64,000 nt of DNA from Octopus sinensis (Eukaryota), in contig NC_043007.1 in NCBI RefSeq assembly GCF_006345805.1, positions 66,402,001 through 66,466,000 on the forward strand, read 5' to 3'. Under the pieces are notes generated by a model. It was not told the DNA's origin. It worked only from the letters and a program-made list of their open reading frames with translations, and searched no databases. Each line of letters opens with the position of its first letter. The stretch's first letter is position 1. Below, piece after piece: positions 1 to 13,185 of this stretch. The translations under genes were made by a program, and so were the position numbers.

Positions 1-61
1 TTTTTTTTTTTTTGTTATTGTTGGTGTGTGGTTGCTGTCAATATCTTTTATTTTTCAACCT

Positions 62-405
<344 letters not shown>

Positions 406-493
406 GAAATTAACAGAAAAGCAAAAGACAAAGAAAGGTTTATAAACAACAAGCAGGTGTAATTAGTTTGACACTCGGGAAGGTGAGAAAGTA

Positions 494-527
494 TTTTACG
501 TTTCGAGCCTACGCTCTTCAACAGAAA
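494..527 (-). ncRNA. Minimal hammerhead-like motif, CUGUUGA core variant
   Basis: Minus strand reads ttt-CTGTTGA-a-GAGC-gtag-GCTC-GAAA-C-GTA-aaa. Helix II is 4 bp, helix III is the palindrome ACGT, and the A6 position is U. Confidence 0.4.
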
Positions 528-659
528 GGAACACGCGGAAATAAACAGAGGCGTTCAATCATGGCGATTGGCTGGACAAAGGTATACACACACGCACCCA
601 TACTCATATATATACATGTGTGTGTGTATGTATGTATCTATTTACATATATAAATAACT

Positions 660-1350
660 ATTTGGATTTTGAGTAGATATCTATTAGTATGTCGATTAAA
701 GCACATTCACCGTTTGGACTACGTGATGTCATCCACAGTTACGGTATAATATTAACTGTATCTACGTCAGGAATTCCGCAGTGTTCGTTTAGTTTATGAT
801 TATTGAGAGAAACGGAAAATGGATTTGGTACGAACCTTTATACAACGCTACGATCGCTTCGACCCCTCCTGCAGCTGTCCCTTACGGGCACTGTGCATCT
901 AGTTGTATTACAACAATCAGTGTAGTCTGTGTCACCCCAGGGGTTTGGAGTCAAAAGATGTCCTATTACATCTACTGAGTTCATCTTGGCATGCTATACT
1001 CGCTCGTAGTATGTGGGGACACTGACATACCCGCAAAAATATGATGTAATCCACATTTTCGATTGCATCTTGGAGCTCCAAGCGCTTCATTGTCGCTTGT
1101 TTATTAGATATTTATTATCAGTCTCCAGGTCTTCGATTGTAAATACGTAGCCTTCGAAGTGTGCTGTGATATAGGGGTCACATGTCCAAGAGAGACTTCG
1201 CTTCATGCCAACGTTACTGGTTCATTTTTGGTATGCTAAGGATTTCACTTCCGGGTCTTCTTTGAGGTATGCTAGTCCGGCTGATTTGGGGTTGTATGAG
1301 AGATCATCAGGGAAAGAGTACTTCCTGAATAGTTCGCTTCCGACAAGCAG
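660..1350 (-). mobile_element. Decayed RLE-type non-LTR retrotransposon C-terminal region
   Basis: Manual translation gives SLSWTCDPYITAHFEGYVFTIEDLETDNKYLINKRQ, then after a frameshift AIENVDYII and YYERV*H. This resembles the post-RT/CCHC region of R4/NeSL-type elements. Multiple stops. Confidence 0.45.
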
Positions 1351-1356
1351 GCTATT

Positions 1357-1362
1357 ATGTAC

Positions 1363-1393
<31 letters not shown>

Positions 1394-1432
1394 TGTATGT
1401 ATGTATGTATGTATGTATGTATATATGTATGC
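1357..1432. repeat. (TATG)n microsatellite
   Basis: Direct tetranucleotide tract. Confidence 0.95.
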
Positions 1433-1594
1433 ATACACAAAATGGGACTATGTACTCGAATAAAGGTACGTACAAGCAAGTATAAAACATCCTTCTTAAA
1501 TTTTTATTTAAAACATCACAAACTCAACCCAATCAATTTTTTCTTCCTTCTATCCTCCCTTCTTTCTTTCCTTCCTTCCTTCTTTCCTTCCTAT

Positions 1595-1980
1595 CCTTTA
1601 ACCCTGTGGCCGTTGAAACATTTGTTGATGACGTTACAACCAGATATCTCCACTTCTCTCGGTCATTTATTACCCTCTGTGAGTCGGCGAAATCGAGGTC
1701 TGTCCACTGTTTCAAGTTAATCCGGACGACGACCGATCCGGTGTGAATTCTAGCCTGCTTGTTATCATGCCTCTCCTTGACACACGACTAGACCCCGAAC
1801 ACTAGATCATCGTCTTAAGCAGTTTCCTCCGATCTAGACGGTGATTCCTTGGAAAGCCTTACCCAGGGTCATTCTCTTACTGGTGTAGTGTTGACACCAT
1901 CTCCTCACATGGTTTAACCCACAAGCTGAACTCTGGTACCCGGATTTGGTGCATGAGCCATCAATTGAGGAGTTAGCTCT
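1595..1980 (-). mobile_element. RTE-clade LINE 3' end (decayed)
   Basis: KQWTDLDFADSQRVINDREKWRYLVVTSS matches the typical RTE ORF terminus (W-x-L...DR..WR..V), preceded by a GRRP-like motif. Confidence 0.5.
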
Positions 1981-1982
1981 TG

Positions 1983-2165
1983 AATGTTTAGCGGTATTTC
2001 GCCCGGCTTTATGCTCTGAGTTCAAATCCCGCCGAGGTCGACTTTGCCTTTCAACCTGCCGGAAATCGATAAAATAATTACCAGTTGAACATTAGGATCG
2101 GTGTAACTGACTTACTCCGACCTCCTACATTGATGGCCTTGTGCCAAAATATGAAATCATTACTA
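1983..2165 (+). mobile_element. SINE family B (5'-truncated)
   Basis: B-box gagttcaaatccc, core gaggtcgactttgcctttc...gataaaataattaccagtt, tail ggccttgtgccaaaat. Confidence 0.8.
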
Positions 2166-2189
2166 TTATAAATTTGTACCTATGTTATT

Positions 2190-3065
2190 ATTATATAAAA
2201 ACTCACATATTATTTTGCTGAGTATGATGGAAAGTGAAAAATTCTTGCTGTTCAAAGCAATGCAGATGTTTGTAGGTGTTCTACCTTCACACTTGCACCA
2301 AAATTTTCCAGCTTGTAGTTGAGTGCTGATACTTCCAAGTGCACCAATTACTATTGGTAGAAAGTCTACTCTCCTCATTGACCACAACGTTCGTATTTCC
2401 CACTTCAAATCGTCATGGTTGTATTTTTTCTTCTTTCACATTGATCTTATTGTCATCGGGGCATGCTATGTCGATTATCATGCATGTTCTATCCTTTTTA
2501 TTCACTACAAAAACGTCTGGTTTCCAATGTCTGGTCAGATGTATCATTGCATCCCACATATTTTTGCACGTCTCATTCCTGGTGAGTCCTTCTGTGGTTT
2601 TCTTATACCATGTCTTTGCTCTTTGTAGGCCGTGATTTCCACAGAGCTTCCAATGGATCATTCTTGTCACATGTCATGGCGTGTTTGTATTCACGTTATG
2701 CCAATTTCGAGCATTCGCTAAAAATGTGCCATACCGTTTTCCCCTCTCACCACACATTATGCATTTGTCGCTGTCGGTAGTGTTGTTTATTCTGCACTTG
2801 ACATAGTTGGTCCTTAACGCTTACTCTTGAGCTGCGCATAAGAGTGCTTCTGCCTCTATCTTCAGGTCACTTGTCCTCACCCATAACCACGTGTCTTCTA
2901 TATCTGTCATGGCGTTCACATTTCTTACAAACTGACCGTATATTCTTTTTTCCATGCTTTTTCTTTTTTGTGTGTTCATTTCATCTTTAAATTTTTCTTT
3001 CATTAGACAATTTTTGGTGTTGATGACGCCGACTTTCTTCGTATGTTTCATGAATGGCTCCACGG
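2190..3065 (-). mobile_element. R4/Dong-like RLE non-LTR retrotransposon, 5'-truncated and decayed
   Basis: YGQFVR...WLWVRTSDLKIEAEALLCAAQE, CCHC finger C-IM-C-x8-H-x4-C, KPDVFVV...IIDIACPDD, PIVIGALG. Stops and frameshifts present. Confidence 0.85.
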
Positions 3066-3544
3066 CGAATAAAATGAAAGTAAATAGCGACAGAGTGATT
3101 TGAGGAAGACTAAACTGAAAGTATTTAAACCACTACTCAAAAATAAAAAAACACAGCAAACAGAAACAAATAAATACATAACCATTTACTCCTCACACAA
3201 TTTCTTCAATTAGAATTTACCTAAGATTTTTCAGAGTACTTCAGTGGGTGATGCCATAAAAAATTTCTTTCAATTTTACCACCAATTACGACAAAATTCG
3301 AGAAAACTCAATATTTTAACATATCACTCCGAAAGCATTGATGTACATGTGTGCGTGCGTGAGTGTGTGTGTGTCATTCCTCACACACACGCATATACAT
3401 ACATATACAACTACATACAACTACATACACATACAACTACATACAAACACGTGTGTGTTTGTTATTAGTAAAAAAGGCGCCAAAACTCAACTCACTTATC
3501 ATTCCAACATATTTGCAAAGACGCACGGACGGACAGAAAAGGTA

Positions 3545-3921
3545 AATTGGTTTTTATTTTACTCTGAATATATTTCCTAACTACTCCCACATTTTGCGGT
3601 GCAGTTTAACCAAAAGCGGGTATCTTATAGTCGTGATTCATATCGAGCCCTTCTGGGTATTAGCGTGCGTCTACGATGAGTCTACGATTTAAAAAAAATT
3701 TACCATCATATTTTTCCATTTTAATGCATTTCTTTCGCTTTTATATAAGGGAAGTAACTCTCTAGAAATATCTACGATGTGTCAACGATTTAAAAAAAAT
3801 TTACCTTAATTTTTTTTCAATTTTTAATGCATTTTTTTGCTATTTTTTGGCTATAACTCTCTAAAAATGCTTATATAGTTATTTCCCTTACAACCCGAGC
3901 AACGCCGGGCGATACTGCTAG
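3545..3921 (+). mobile_element. Non-autonomous Helitron-like element (5' end uncertain)
   Basis: 3' hairpin CCCGAGCAACGCCGGG (3894-3909) followed by CTAG|T at 3918-3922. Internal ~101-bp tandem repeat starting at 3670 and 3771. Confidence 0.7.
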
Positions 3922-4027
3922 TTAACATATAAAAACGTTCAGAGCAAATTATCCACTCATACGTTAAAGACAATGATATGAAATTGTATAGTGATAAGTT
4001 ATAGACATTCCAAGTAAATTACTCTGT

Positions 4028-4388
<361 letters not shown>

Positions 4389-4639
4389 AGGGATTGAGAG
4401 CAAAGCGTATGAAAACAAATGAACAAAGTATGAATACACAATGAAAATATCTTTTTTATGAAACGGAGCACAAATGATATAAGTATTGATGGCAACATTA
4501 GAAATGCGATGGTTAAGAACTGTAAGGATGCACACAGTTCAGGATGCATTACGGGCATAAATAATGAAGGCGCATGTAAAGCTTTTTGTTTGTTTGTCAT
4601 TGATAAAGCATACAATACATTCTTATAGACTACGAAAAA

Positions 4640-4805
4640 ATACAGTGAATATAATAAGTATAATATAATTCACAGATATTGTGATTACAGATAAATATAG
4701 AAAACAAACACGAGATTAAATAATATTGGAGGTGAAATAGAAAAGATAAAATAAATAATAATACCTTCTGTTTTTGGATCACTAGAAGTCATCTCACAGA
4801 TAAAA
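4640..4805 (+). mobile_element. Highly decayed RLE endonuclease remnant
   Basis: TDIVITDK ... EIEKIK..IIPSVFGSLEVIS resembles PDIV..DK ... EI.K...IPIVIGALG.IS. Confidence 0.3.
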
Positions 4806-5059
4806 AGCAAAAGAAAAAAAAAAGGGTCGCCATTGTAAGATTACGACAGCAAATAACAAATTGCAGCTGGATTGTCAGACAGCTTCGGAATGTATGTTAA
4901 TATTGGAATCGTGGTTAACGAGTTAGTTCACACCCCTATCGTTGGGTGTCAAGGAAGACATTGTTTATAGATTGAATGCCATCACAAAGAAATAAATGAG
5001 TTAGCTTGCATTGTGAAAAAGTAAAAAAGGCGTCTCAGTCATTTACGAAATTAAAAGTG

Positions 5060-5095
5060 AATACATACATAATACATACACACATACATACATAC

Positions 5096-5164
<69 letters not shown>

Positions 5165-5295
5165 ATATAATATAATATAATATAATATATATATAATATA
5201 ATATAATATATATATAATATATAATATAATATAATATATATATATATATAATATAATATAATATATGATATAATATATATATATATATATATATG
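5060..5295. repeat. (TACA)n/(TA)n/(TATAA)n microsatellite
   Basis: Direct inspection. Confidence 0.9.
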
Positions 5296-5832
5296 AGAAC
5301 ATATAAGAAAAGATGGCGTTAAATAATACAGATATGTGATAAATAATATATATATAATACAGTTAAAACAACATATTTCATCAAAAAGACAAAGGTTTGT
5401 TACTTCAAAAAGCGTCAATATTTCTCAAAGCAAAACAAGCCATTTTCTTCCAAATAAATGGCTTTCTCGAAAGAATGTTGAGATGCAGAACATGTTCTAT
5501 ATATCTGGGAGGTGTATTGACTGCAAATAATATACATTATGTAATAAGAATTACGTATACAGACTAAAGAAAAACAAGGAAATACATAATACGATATATT
5601 CGAGAACAAACCTGGAAACGTATAACAACTTGACCTAAGAAAATACTAAGAACTTCAAACACCAGAATATTAAAAAAATAACTAGCAACATTTATGTGGG
5701 TATATGTAATATGTACTCCCCTCGTATGATGCAGATATACTTTTTAAGCCAGTGTTATTTACTACCAAAGAAAAAATATAACGCTGATTTGCATTTAGCA
5801 ATGGAAAGAAGTAAAAGTTATAAATAGAATTA

Positions 5833-6112
5833 GGCGTAGGAGTGGCTGTGTGGTAAGTAGCTTGCTTACTAGCCACATGGTTCCTGGTTCAGTCCCACTG
5901 CGTGGCACCTTGGACAAATATCTTTTACTATAGCCTCAGGCCGAACAAAGCCTTGTGAGTGGATTTGGTAGACGGAAACTGAAAGAAGTATGTCTCATAT
6001 ATATATTTAGAAACTCACTACTCGAATGGGCCATAAACAAAACTTGACTTAGACAGGATTTAGATAATCCTATAAGGTGGTGTTATTAAGTTAGACCAAT
6101 CTTTGGTCGAAG

Positions 6113-6165
<53 letters not shown>

Positions 6166-6395
6166 ATGTGTGTGTGTGTGTATGTATGTATATGTATGTA
6201 TGTGTGTATATATGTTTGTGTGTCTGTGTATGTACCCCACCCCCACCCAACATCACTTCACACCCGATGCTGGTGCGTTTGCGTCCCCGTAACTTAGCGG
6301 TTCGGCAAAAGAGACCGATAGAATAAGTACTATGCTTACAAAGAATGAGTCCTGGGGTCGATTTGCTCGACTAAAAGAGAATAAAAGAAAAGAAT
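5833..6395 (+). mobile_element. SINE family A, near full length, with ~105-bp foreign insert in the central microsatellite
   Basis: A-box tggctgtgtgg, B-box ggttcagtccc, body gccttgtgagtggatttggtagacggaaactgaaagaag, central TA/TG tract, 3' module cggttcggcaaaagagaccgatagaataagtact. Confidence 0.9.
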
Positions 6396-6459
6396 AGCTG
6401 ACAATAGAGAGAAAATAGAGGGAAAATGGTGATGACTATTGTTAAAAGTAAATATACGG

Positions 6460-6675
6460 AGACGAGCTGGCAAAATTGTTACTGCTCCGGACAAACTGCT
6501 TAATGGCATTTCTTTAGAATCTTTGTTCTGAATTCAAGTGTCGCTGAAATCGACTTTGCCTTCCATCATTTCGGGAGTCGATAAAATAAGTAACAGTCGA
6601 GCACTGCCATCGATAATATCGACTTACCCCTTTTCCTAGAATTGCCGACCTCTTGCCAAAATTTGAATCAATTAT
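6460..6675 (+). mobile_element. SINE family B (diverged)
   Basis: gagctggcaaaattgtta head and gactttgccttccatcatttcgggagtcgataaaataagt core. Confidence 0.8.
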
Positions 6676-6683
6676 TAAATGTG

Positions 6684-6972
6684 TGGAAGTGCAATGGCCC
6701 AGTGGTTAGGGCAGCGAACTCGCGGTTGTAGGATCGGGCGTTGTGAGTGTTTATTGAGCGAAAATACCTAAAAGTTCCACGATGCTCCAGCGGGGGAGGG
6801 GGGGCATCCCTGCTGTACTCTTTCGCCACAACTTTCACTCTTTCTTATGTTGGCCTGCTCGCTTAGCCAGCGGGGTGGCGTCATTTGAAGGGTAAAACAA
6901 TGCGAAGTTCATTGTGACCAGCGATGTGTAGCAACATCTGATAGCCTGATCGATCACGGTGATCACGGTGAT
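6684..6972 (+). mobile_element. SINE family C, tail type 1
   Basis: tRNA-like head gcaatggcccagtggttagggcagcg, body ttattgagcgaaaatacctaaaag, tail cttagccagcggggtggcgtcatt...gatcacggtgat. Confidence 0.85.
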
Positions 6973-7077
6973 TAAATATGTAAATTGATGTAAAATTAGA
7001 CATTAATGAAACAGTTAATGACAAAATTATTCACATGAAGGCTGCATGAGTTTCATAATGTTCTGTAGAAGATAATA

Positions 7078-7207
7078 ATAATCTTTTCTACTCGAGGCAC
7101 AAGGTCCGAAATCTTGGTGGAGGAGGCCAGTCAATTAGATTGACCCCAGAACACAATTAGTACTTAGTTCATCGACCCCGAAAGTATAAAAGGCAAAGTG
7201 GACGTCG
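7078..7207 (-). mobile_element. SINE family B 3' part
   Basis: Reverse complement of core (atcgaccccgaaagtataaaaggcaaagt) and tail (aggcacaaggtccgaaat). Confidence 0.75.
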
Positions 7208-7261
7208 AACATACAAACACACACGCACATAGACCCACACAGAGATACACACACACATACA

Positions 7262-7485
7262 TGTGTGTGTTTGGGTTCGTGTTTTTTTCCACCGAACGCC
7301 TGAAAACCGTTGTTGTTTTGTTTTCGCCCCGTAACCTAGTTGTTCGACAAAAGAAGCCCCATAGAAGAAGTACCAGGCTTACAAACAAGAACAGATGTCG
7401 ATTTTTTCGACTATAACCTTTCAAAGCGGTGCTCCAGCACTGCCACAATCCAGCGACTGGGAGAATTAAAAGATACAGAATAAAG
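7262..7485 (+). mobile_element. SINE family A, 3' half (diverged)
   Basis: ccccgtaacctag...tagaagaagtaccaggcttac...gcggtgctccagcactgcc. Confidence 0.65.
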
Positions 7486-7535
7486 CACTATCATAAGTAC
7501 GTTTCTCTCTCTATCTCACTCTCTCTCCCTCTCAG

Positions 7536-7536
7536 G

Positions 7537-7604
<68 letters not shown>

Positions 7605-7609
7605 GGATG

Positions 7610-7671
<62 letters not shown>

Positions 7672-7695
7672 AGATAGATAGATAGATAGATAGAT
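7536..7695. repeat. (GATA)n microsatellite
   Basis: Direct inspection. Confidence 0.95.
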
Positions 7696-7699
7696 ATTG

Positions 7700-7862
7700 A
7701 GATACGACTTGCTTCCACACAGTTTCTGTCTAACAAATTCACTCACATGATATTGGTAGATCCGGGAATATATTAGAAGATACTTACGAATGGTGTCGCG
7801 CAGTAGAACTGAACTCAAAACCACGGAGGTGGGAAGTAAACTTTTTAATTACACAATCATAT
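7700..7862 (-). mobile_element. SINE family A, 5' half (diverged)
   Basis: Reverse complement of head and body (aaattcactcaca, cgcagtagaactgaactc). Confidence 0.55.
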
Positions 7863-7892
7863 CTTTGTTTGTTTACTTCTATTTGTAACTAT

Positions 7893-8005
7893 AAAATTGT
7901 ATAAAGAAAATATAGAATATTACCGGTTTCCATGATGAATCTCATCACCTTGTGTTTGATTCGTCATCTAACCGGCAATATTCTATATTTTCTTTATATA
8001 ATTTT
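7893..8005. repeat. Inverted repeat (36-bp arms, 41-bp partly self-complementary spacer)
   Basis: aaaattgtataaagaaaatatagaatattaccggtt pairs with aaccggcaatattctatattttctttatataatttt, with 2 mismatches. Confidence 0.85.
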
Positions 8006-8254
8006 TAAATCATTTTACTTAAGTCTTTCTAAATTGAAATGTCTTAGATTTACTCCTGTGATATTTCCACCTCTAACTTTCATATATATATAATGGGAAA
8101 ATTATTCAAAATGTAGAAATGGATGATAAGTAAAACACTGGTACAGTTTAGGTTGAATTGTGTGTTGTACTTCATGTCTAATATACATTCCATCTCCTAT
8201 TTTATTAATACTATATATACATACATGCATATATATACATATATATATATATAA

Positions 8255-8323
<69 letters not shown>

Positions 8324-8386
8324 GTATGCATGTAAGTAAGTATTATATAAACATATATATAATATATTATATATACATATATATAT

Positions 8387-8429
<43 letters not shown>

Positions 8430-8705
8430 TAAAAAAATATATTTTGATAAGCATAACAAATGCGCAACCGGTAAAGAACTTTTACCTAATTAAATACACT
8501 CTCCCTTACTTAAATTATTTTGTCAGCATTTTCTTCATTTCCTTTTTATGAGCGCCTAATAATAATAATACTGTAATTGTTCCACGTGTTGTTTTTTCTG
8601 TTTTCCCGTTTGGATTAACCTATATATATATATATATAAATATAATATATATATATATATTTTATTCGGTGCGAATGGTTTTGTTATACGGTGCCGTGTT
8701 TTACA

Positions 8706-8912
8706 ATCCTGCAAATAATAATAATGGCATTTATATGAGGGTAAAGTTTATAGCGACCACTGTGCAATGACTAAGGAAAATAGTCTAATAAACGGGCATA
8801 TAAGCCGATAGGAAAGCCTTTTTTCCGTCGAGGGCTTATTTTCTTAGTCATTGCACGGAGATCGCTATAAGATTTAAGTTTATATAAATAGCATTATTAT
8901 TATTTACAGGAT
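8706..8912. repeat. Fold-back element (78-bp arms, ~80% identity, 51-bp spacer)
   Basis: 8706-8783 is the reverse complement of 8835-8912 (e.g. ttatagcga..gtgcaatgactaag). Adjacent to a TA tract. Confidence 0.85.
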
Positions 8913-10725
8913 ATATATATATATATATGAGGGGTGTTGAGAAGTTGCTGGCATTTGTATGTATGTGTATATGCATGTGTACGAACATGTATATGTAAAA
9001 CTGCATATATATGGTACGCCCAGTATCGCCGCAATCAAATGAGTGAAACGAATAAAAGAATATGCATATACATATATAGCAACAAAAAGCAAAAAATATA
9101 GCGTAAATAATTATTTTCAATTTAGGCACAAGACCGGCAATTTTGAGGAGGCGATTAGTCGATGCTAACGACTTTAATCCGTGAGTGATACTTTATTGTA
9201 TTAACATAATAAAGGCATATCTTATCTACATTTTTTAGATCATCCGTTAAACTCTACCTAATGTATCTGTAATTGTTTAATTAAAACCTGACTACCGGAT
9301 GAACGACCATTCTAATTCTTATTTCTGTGCAATATAAGTAACTATAGATTGCCAATCTTTTCATAATCATAAGATGTAAGTACTTGTTCTCCAGTGAATC
9401 CCAGAGATAAAACTTCGCAGAAGAACCCCAAATTTTTTAATGTTAACGGAGTATTCTGTTTCCGTCGCTAATAACGAATTCTTACGCAGCTCACCGTCTA
9501 TTTACAACATCAGTTAGTCACCGTTTTCTTATATCAGTAGTGACAAAATTTGTCTAAGCATATGATTGATAGTCGATACTTGCTACTGATGACGCGCAAA
9601 AACACAGAAATGCTCATTTACCAATTCCATCAACGCTGCTGGATGCTTTTCGTCCTCTGCGGATATACCTCTGCGCTTTTAAGCGCTATACGTCTACACG
9701 AGCTTTCTGAAAACAAATACAGCAGTTTTGTGATATTCTATATTATATCCACGTTAAGTAAGATGTACATGATGCTATTTTGAACAAATACTGCTTCAGC
9801 TGCAATAACTTTTTTTATCTTAATTTTTATTTTACTTCTGTTAACATTTTGCAGTGAGGCTACAATTTAAGTTTGCTTTATATCAAATTCTGAGGTAGCG
9901 GTTGCTCCAGATAGATTTGATAGGCATCTCTTTGTAGTAGATAGAGCTTAGAGCTTTTTTTCATTCGCTCGAAGATACATGTGGTCACTGCTGAAAGCTA
10001 AACATGTAGTAACAAATCTACGTGATTTGCTTACAGTTCTGAAAGGAAAGATAACAACGAAACAGGTAAAGTTAAGTGAGGAATGTGAGTGACAGAGAAA
10101 ATAGGGGTGAGAGAGAGGAGAAGGAGGAGTAGAATCCTTTCACAACCACTTAATTCCATAAAAAGCGAAAAAAGTCTGTCTTGGTAATTGCAAGGAATTT
10201 ATTAGCAAAAATGTTGGGGCGTAATTTCGGGAATCACATTTCATGGAAAAGTTATGGCACGAGTTCAGTTTTAGCTAGAAGCATATTGTTGAAAAGATAA
10301 TCCATCTAAATTGTACTCAGTGTTAATCATGTGATCAAGCGATCATGTGATGAAAATAGTGTTGTAAACAGCAGCGTTAGCTAGAAGCGGATTTTTTTCA
10401 TTACGTTTTTCTCTCATTTTTTCATTCTTTTTTATTAAACTATTTTTGTAAATAAGGCCTCATATACGAGGAATCATGTTTCTGTTAAGAACGAGAAACG
10501 AGTTCAAACGAACATCTCCAGTAGCAGGAAAAAGATTCTGTTTTTACGAATTAGTAACCTTTTCAGTGACGTGTCATCTTCATATTCCATTATCCAGTAA
10601 ATATGGCAAACATATCTCCACTATATTAACTTAAAGAGTACAGTTCAAAATTATGGATAAGTTAGTATGTTGTATATCGGAGTGACATCTAATGTTTCAA
10701 GACTGACCGTTAGCCTGAGAGAGGA

Positions 10726-10758
<33 letters not shown>

Positions 10759-10844
10759 TGAAAGAAGAGAGAAAGAAGAAAGAGGAGAGAGAGAGAAGTT
10801 AATTATTCTTTCAACTTATCTCAGGCAATATATTGAGTCAAAAA

Positions 10845-11058
10845 CGGTGGTGAGCTGGCAGAATTGCTAGCACATCGGGCAAAATGCTTAGCAGCATTTC
10901 GTCCGCCTTTACGTTCTGAGTTCAAATTCCTCTGAGATCAACTTTGTTATTCAACCTTTCGAGGTCGATAAAATAAGTACCAGTCGAGCAGTGGGGTCGA
11001 TGCAATCGACTTAATCCCTAACCCCGAAATTTTTGGCCTTGTGCCAAACTTTGAAACA
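10845..11058 (+). mobile_element. SINE family B, full length
   Basis: ggtgagctggcagaattgctagcac head, B-box gagttcaaattcc, core gaggtcgataaaataagtaccag, tail ggccttgtgccaaac. Confidence 0.9.
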
Positions 11059-11394
11059 AATACATTGAGTCAAATATGAAATACCCAAATATGGAAAACG
11101 CCTTCTTCTTCAGTACTCAATTAACTGGAACTCTCAAGAAACTGGAACTCAGGAAAAAGAAAAGAAAATGTGTTGTTAATGAGAATTTGTACTGATTGTT
11201 ACTAAAAAAAAGAAATTTTATCTACTGTATCTAAAATAGTTGGTTGTTTCTCAAAATATAGTACAGTATTTTATTTTGTTGCATTTACAATGCCTATATT
11301 TTATTTGGTTAATAAAGCTTGTTCGTTAATTATATTATATTTTTCTTTCCATTTCTCTCATTTCTTCAATATTCAGAATGTTAATGATAGTATT

Positions 11395-11560
11395 GATTTC
11401 AAATTTTGCACAAGGCAATTTCGAAAAAGCTGTTGCTTATTTTATCGTCCCGAAGATGAAAGGTAATGTCGGCCTCGGCGGAATTCGAACTTAGAATGAC
11501 AGACGAATAGCCACTAAGAACTTTGCCAGGGGTGCTAACGATTCTCCCAGCTCTCCGGAT
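11395..11560 (-). mobile_element. SINE family B (internally deleted)
   Basis: Reverse complement: ggcctcggcggaattcgaacttagaa...tgctaacgattctcccagct. Confidence 0.75.
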
Positions 11561-12560
11561 TAATGTTAATGATAATATTGATGTATATGTAGTTTTGATG
11601 AGTCTTTTTAACGAATTTTTTAGAAACTGTTATGGTAATTCAAAAAGTGATGGTCAGATATCCAGAAAATTTAGTTATCCGGCAATTCCGAGGTCCCATT
11701 GTTGCTGCATATGAAGGAGTTTACTATATTACTGTCGATTCTCATTATGCCCCTTTCCTTCTTCTGCATTCAATAAAGCAGTTATACTGATGATATAAAA
11801 GGGGTTCGTGTTTTTGAGTCACTAACAAAACGCTTTGTAATAATGATACTGTCATTTACACGCACGATTCAAATTCCACTGCGGTCAGTTCGGCTTCTCA
11901 TTCTTCTCAGGTCGATAAAATAGCATGATTCAATATATTCTGGACTGTTCTCTTTCCTGAGAATTATCAACAGAGGATGGCGTCCCACAGATGGGTACTT
12001 TTAATTGAACCCCTACTTTCAAGAATTGATCTACATTCAGCCTTCTCTCAGAGGTATCGCTTGAGCTAGCAAGTGACTTCGTAAAATCAAACCTGCATAA
12101 AAAACATAGCTCTTATCCAGTTCCGATTATTCTCGCGGCAGCAAACCAGCATTTTGTGAAGTCTGATCACCCGCTGTTCAGGTTCGAAAACCAAGCAGTT
12201 GACTATATTATCTACACCAGTACGTGTATAATCTAGTAATTTAGTAATAATAAACCAGTAGTATTTCTCGATCCAAGAATCATTAGTAATATTGATTTCG
12301 GATAATAGGATAATAATCTCCGTTGTGATACTCATGCCTCACATAACGAGACTAACTGTGATGTAATTTGAGTAAAATAGTTCAAATAGAAAATCGAAAA
12401 ATAGCATCGGTTTCCGTTCGCTGAAATATTCGTCCGCCTGTCTACCACACATCAACACTCAACAATGTAATATTCATAAGTGTGGACAACAATCTAAACG
12501 TTGAGGCACTTATCAGGCTGTTGCCGAACTGTTTCTGATAAATGGCATATATACTCTCTC

Positions 12561-12974
12561 TTTACTCTTTCACTCTTTTACTTGTTTCAATTATTTGACT
12601 GCGGCCATGCTGGACCACCGCCTTTAGTCGAGCAAATCGACCCCAGGACTTATTCTTTGTAAGCCTAGTACTTATTCTATCGGTCTCTTTTGCCGAACCG
12701 CTAAGTTACCGGGACGTAAACACACAAGCATCGGTTGCCAAGCGATGTTGGGGTGACAAACACAGACACAAACATATACACACACAAACATATATATATT
12801 TATATATATACGACGGGCTTCTTTCAGTTTCCGTCTACCAAATCCACTCACAAGGCTTTGGTCGGCCCGAGGCTATAGTAGAAGACACTTGCCCAAAGTG
12901 CCACGCAGTGGGACTGAACCCGGAACCATGTGGTTGGTAAGCAAACTACTTACCACACAGCCACTCCTACGCCT
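12561..12974 (-). mobile_element. SINE family A, full length and young
   Basis: Complete head, body, microsatellite, 3' module and (ctttta)-type tail, all on the minus strand. Confidence 0.92.
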
Positions 12975-13185
12975 ACAAGCATTGACACAATACATAGCCA
13001 CATATAAGTACACGATTAAGCAGGGGCCCACCATAATGTTATCAATAGAAACAGTTGACGTGTGTTAAGGTTATCTCTACTGATTTTCTATAGAGATTAT
13101 GGCCAGCAGTGATTTTGTTACGACGTTTCGTATCCGAGATGCCTGATGCAAACAACTATGAGATCGAAGATGAAAACTGGGCAAC

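Noticed and set aside
1205-1720. 171-aa plus-strand ORF
   Set aside because: It is the antisense of decayed retroelement sequence bridged by a microsatellite.
5833-5900. tRNA-like sequences at SINE heads (also 21023, 10845)
   Set aside because: A and B boxes are present, but there is no complete cloverleaf or acceptor stem and they continue into repeat bodies. They are SINE heads, not tRNA genes.
8928-8950. tatgaggggtgttgagaagtt resembling a mariner TIR
   Set aside because: No partner TIR or transposase sequence nearby, and too short to support.
9586-9615. CTGATGA...GAAA with hammerhead-like spacing
   Set aside because: No helix II pairing and no matching UH or helix I.
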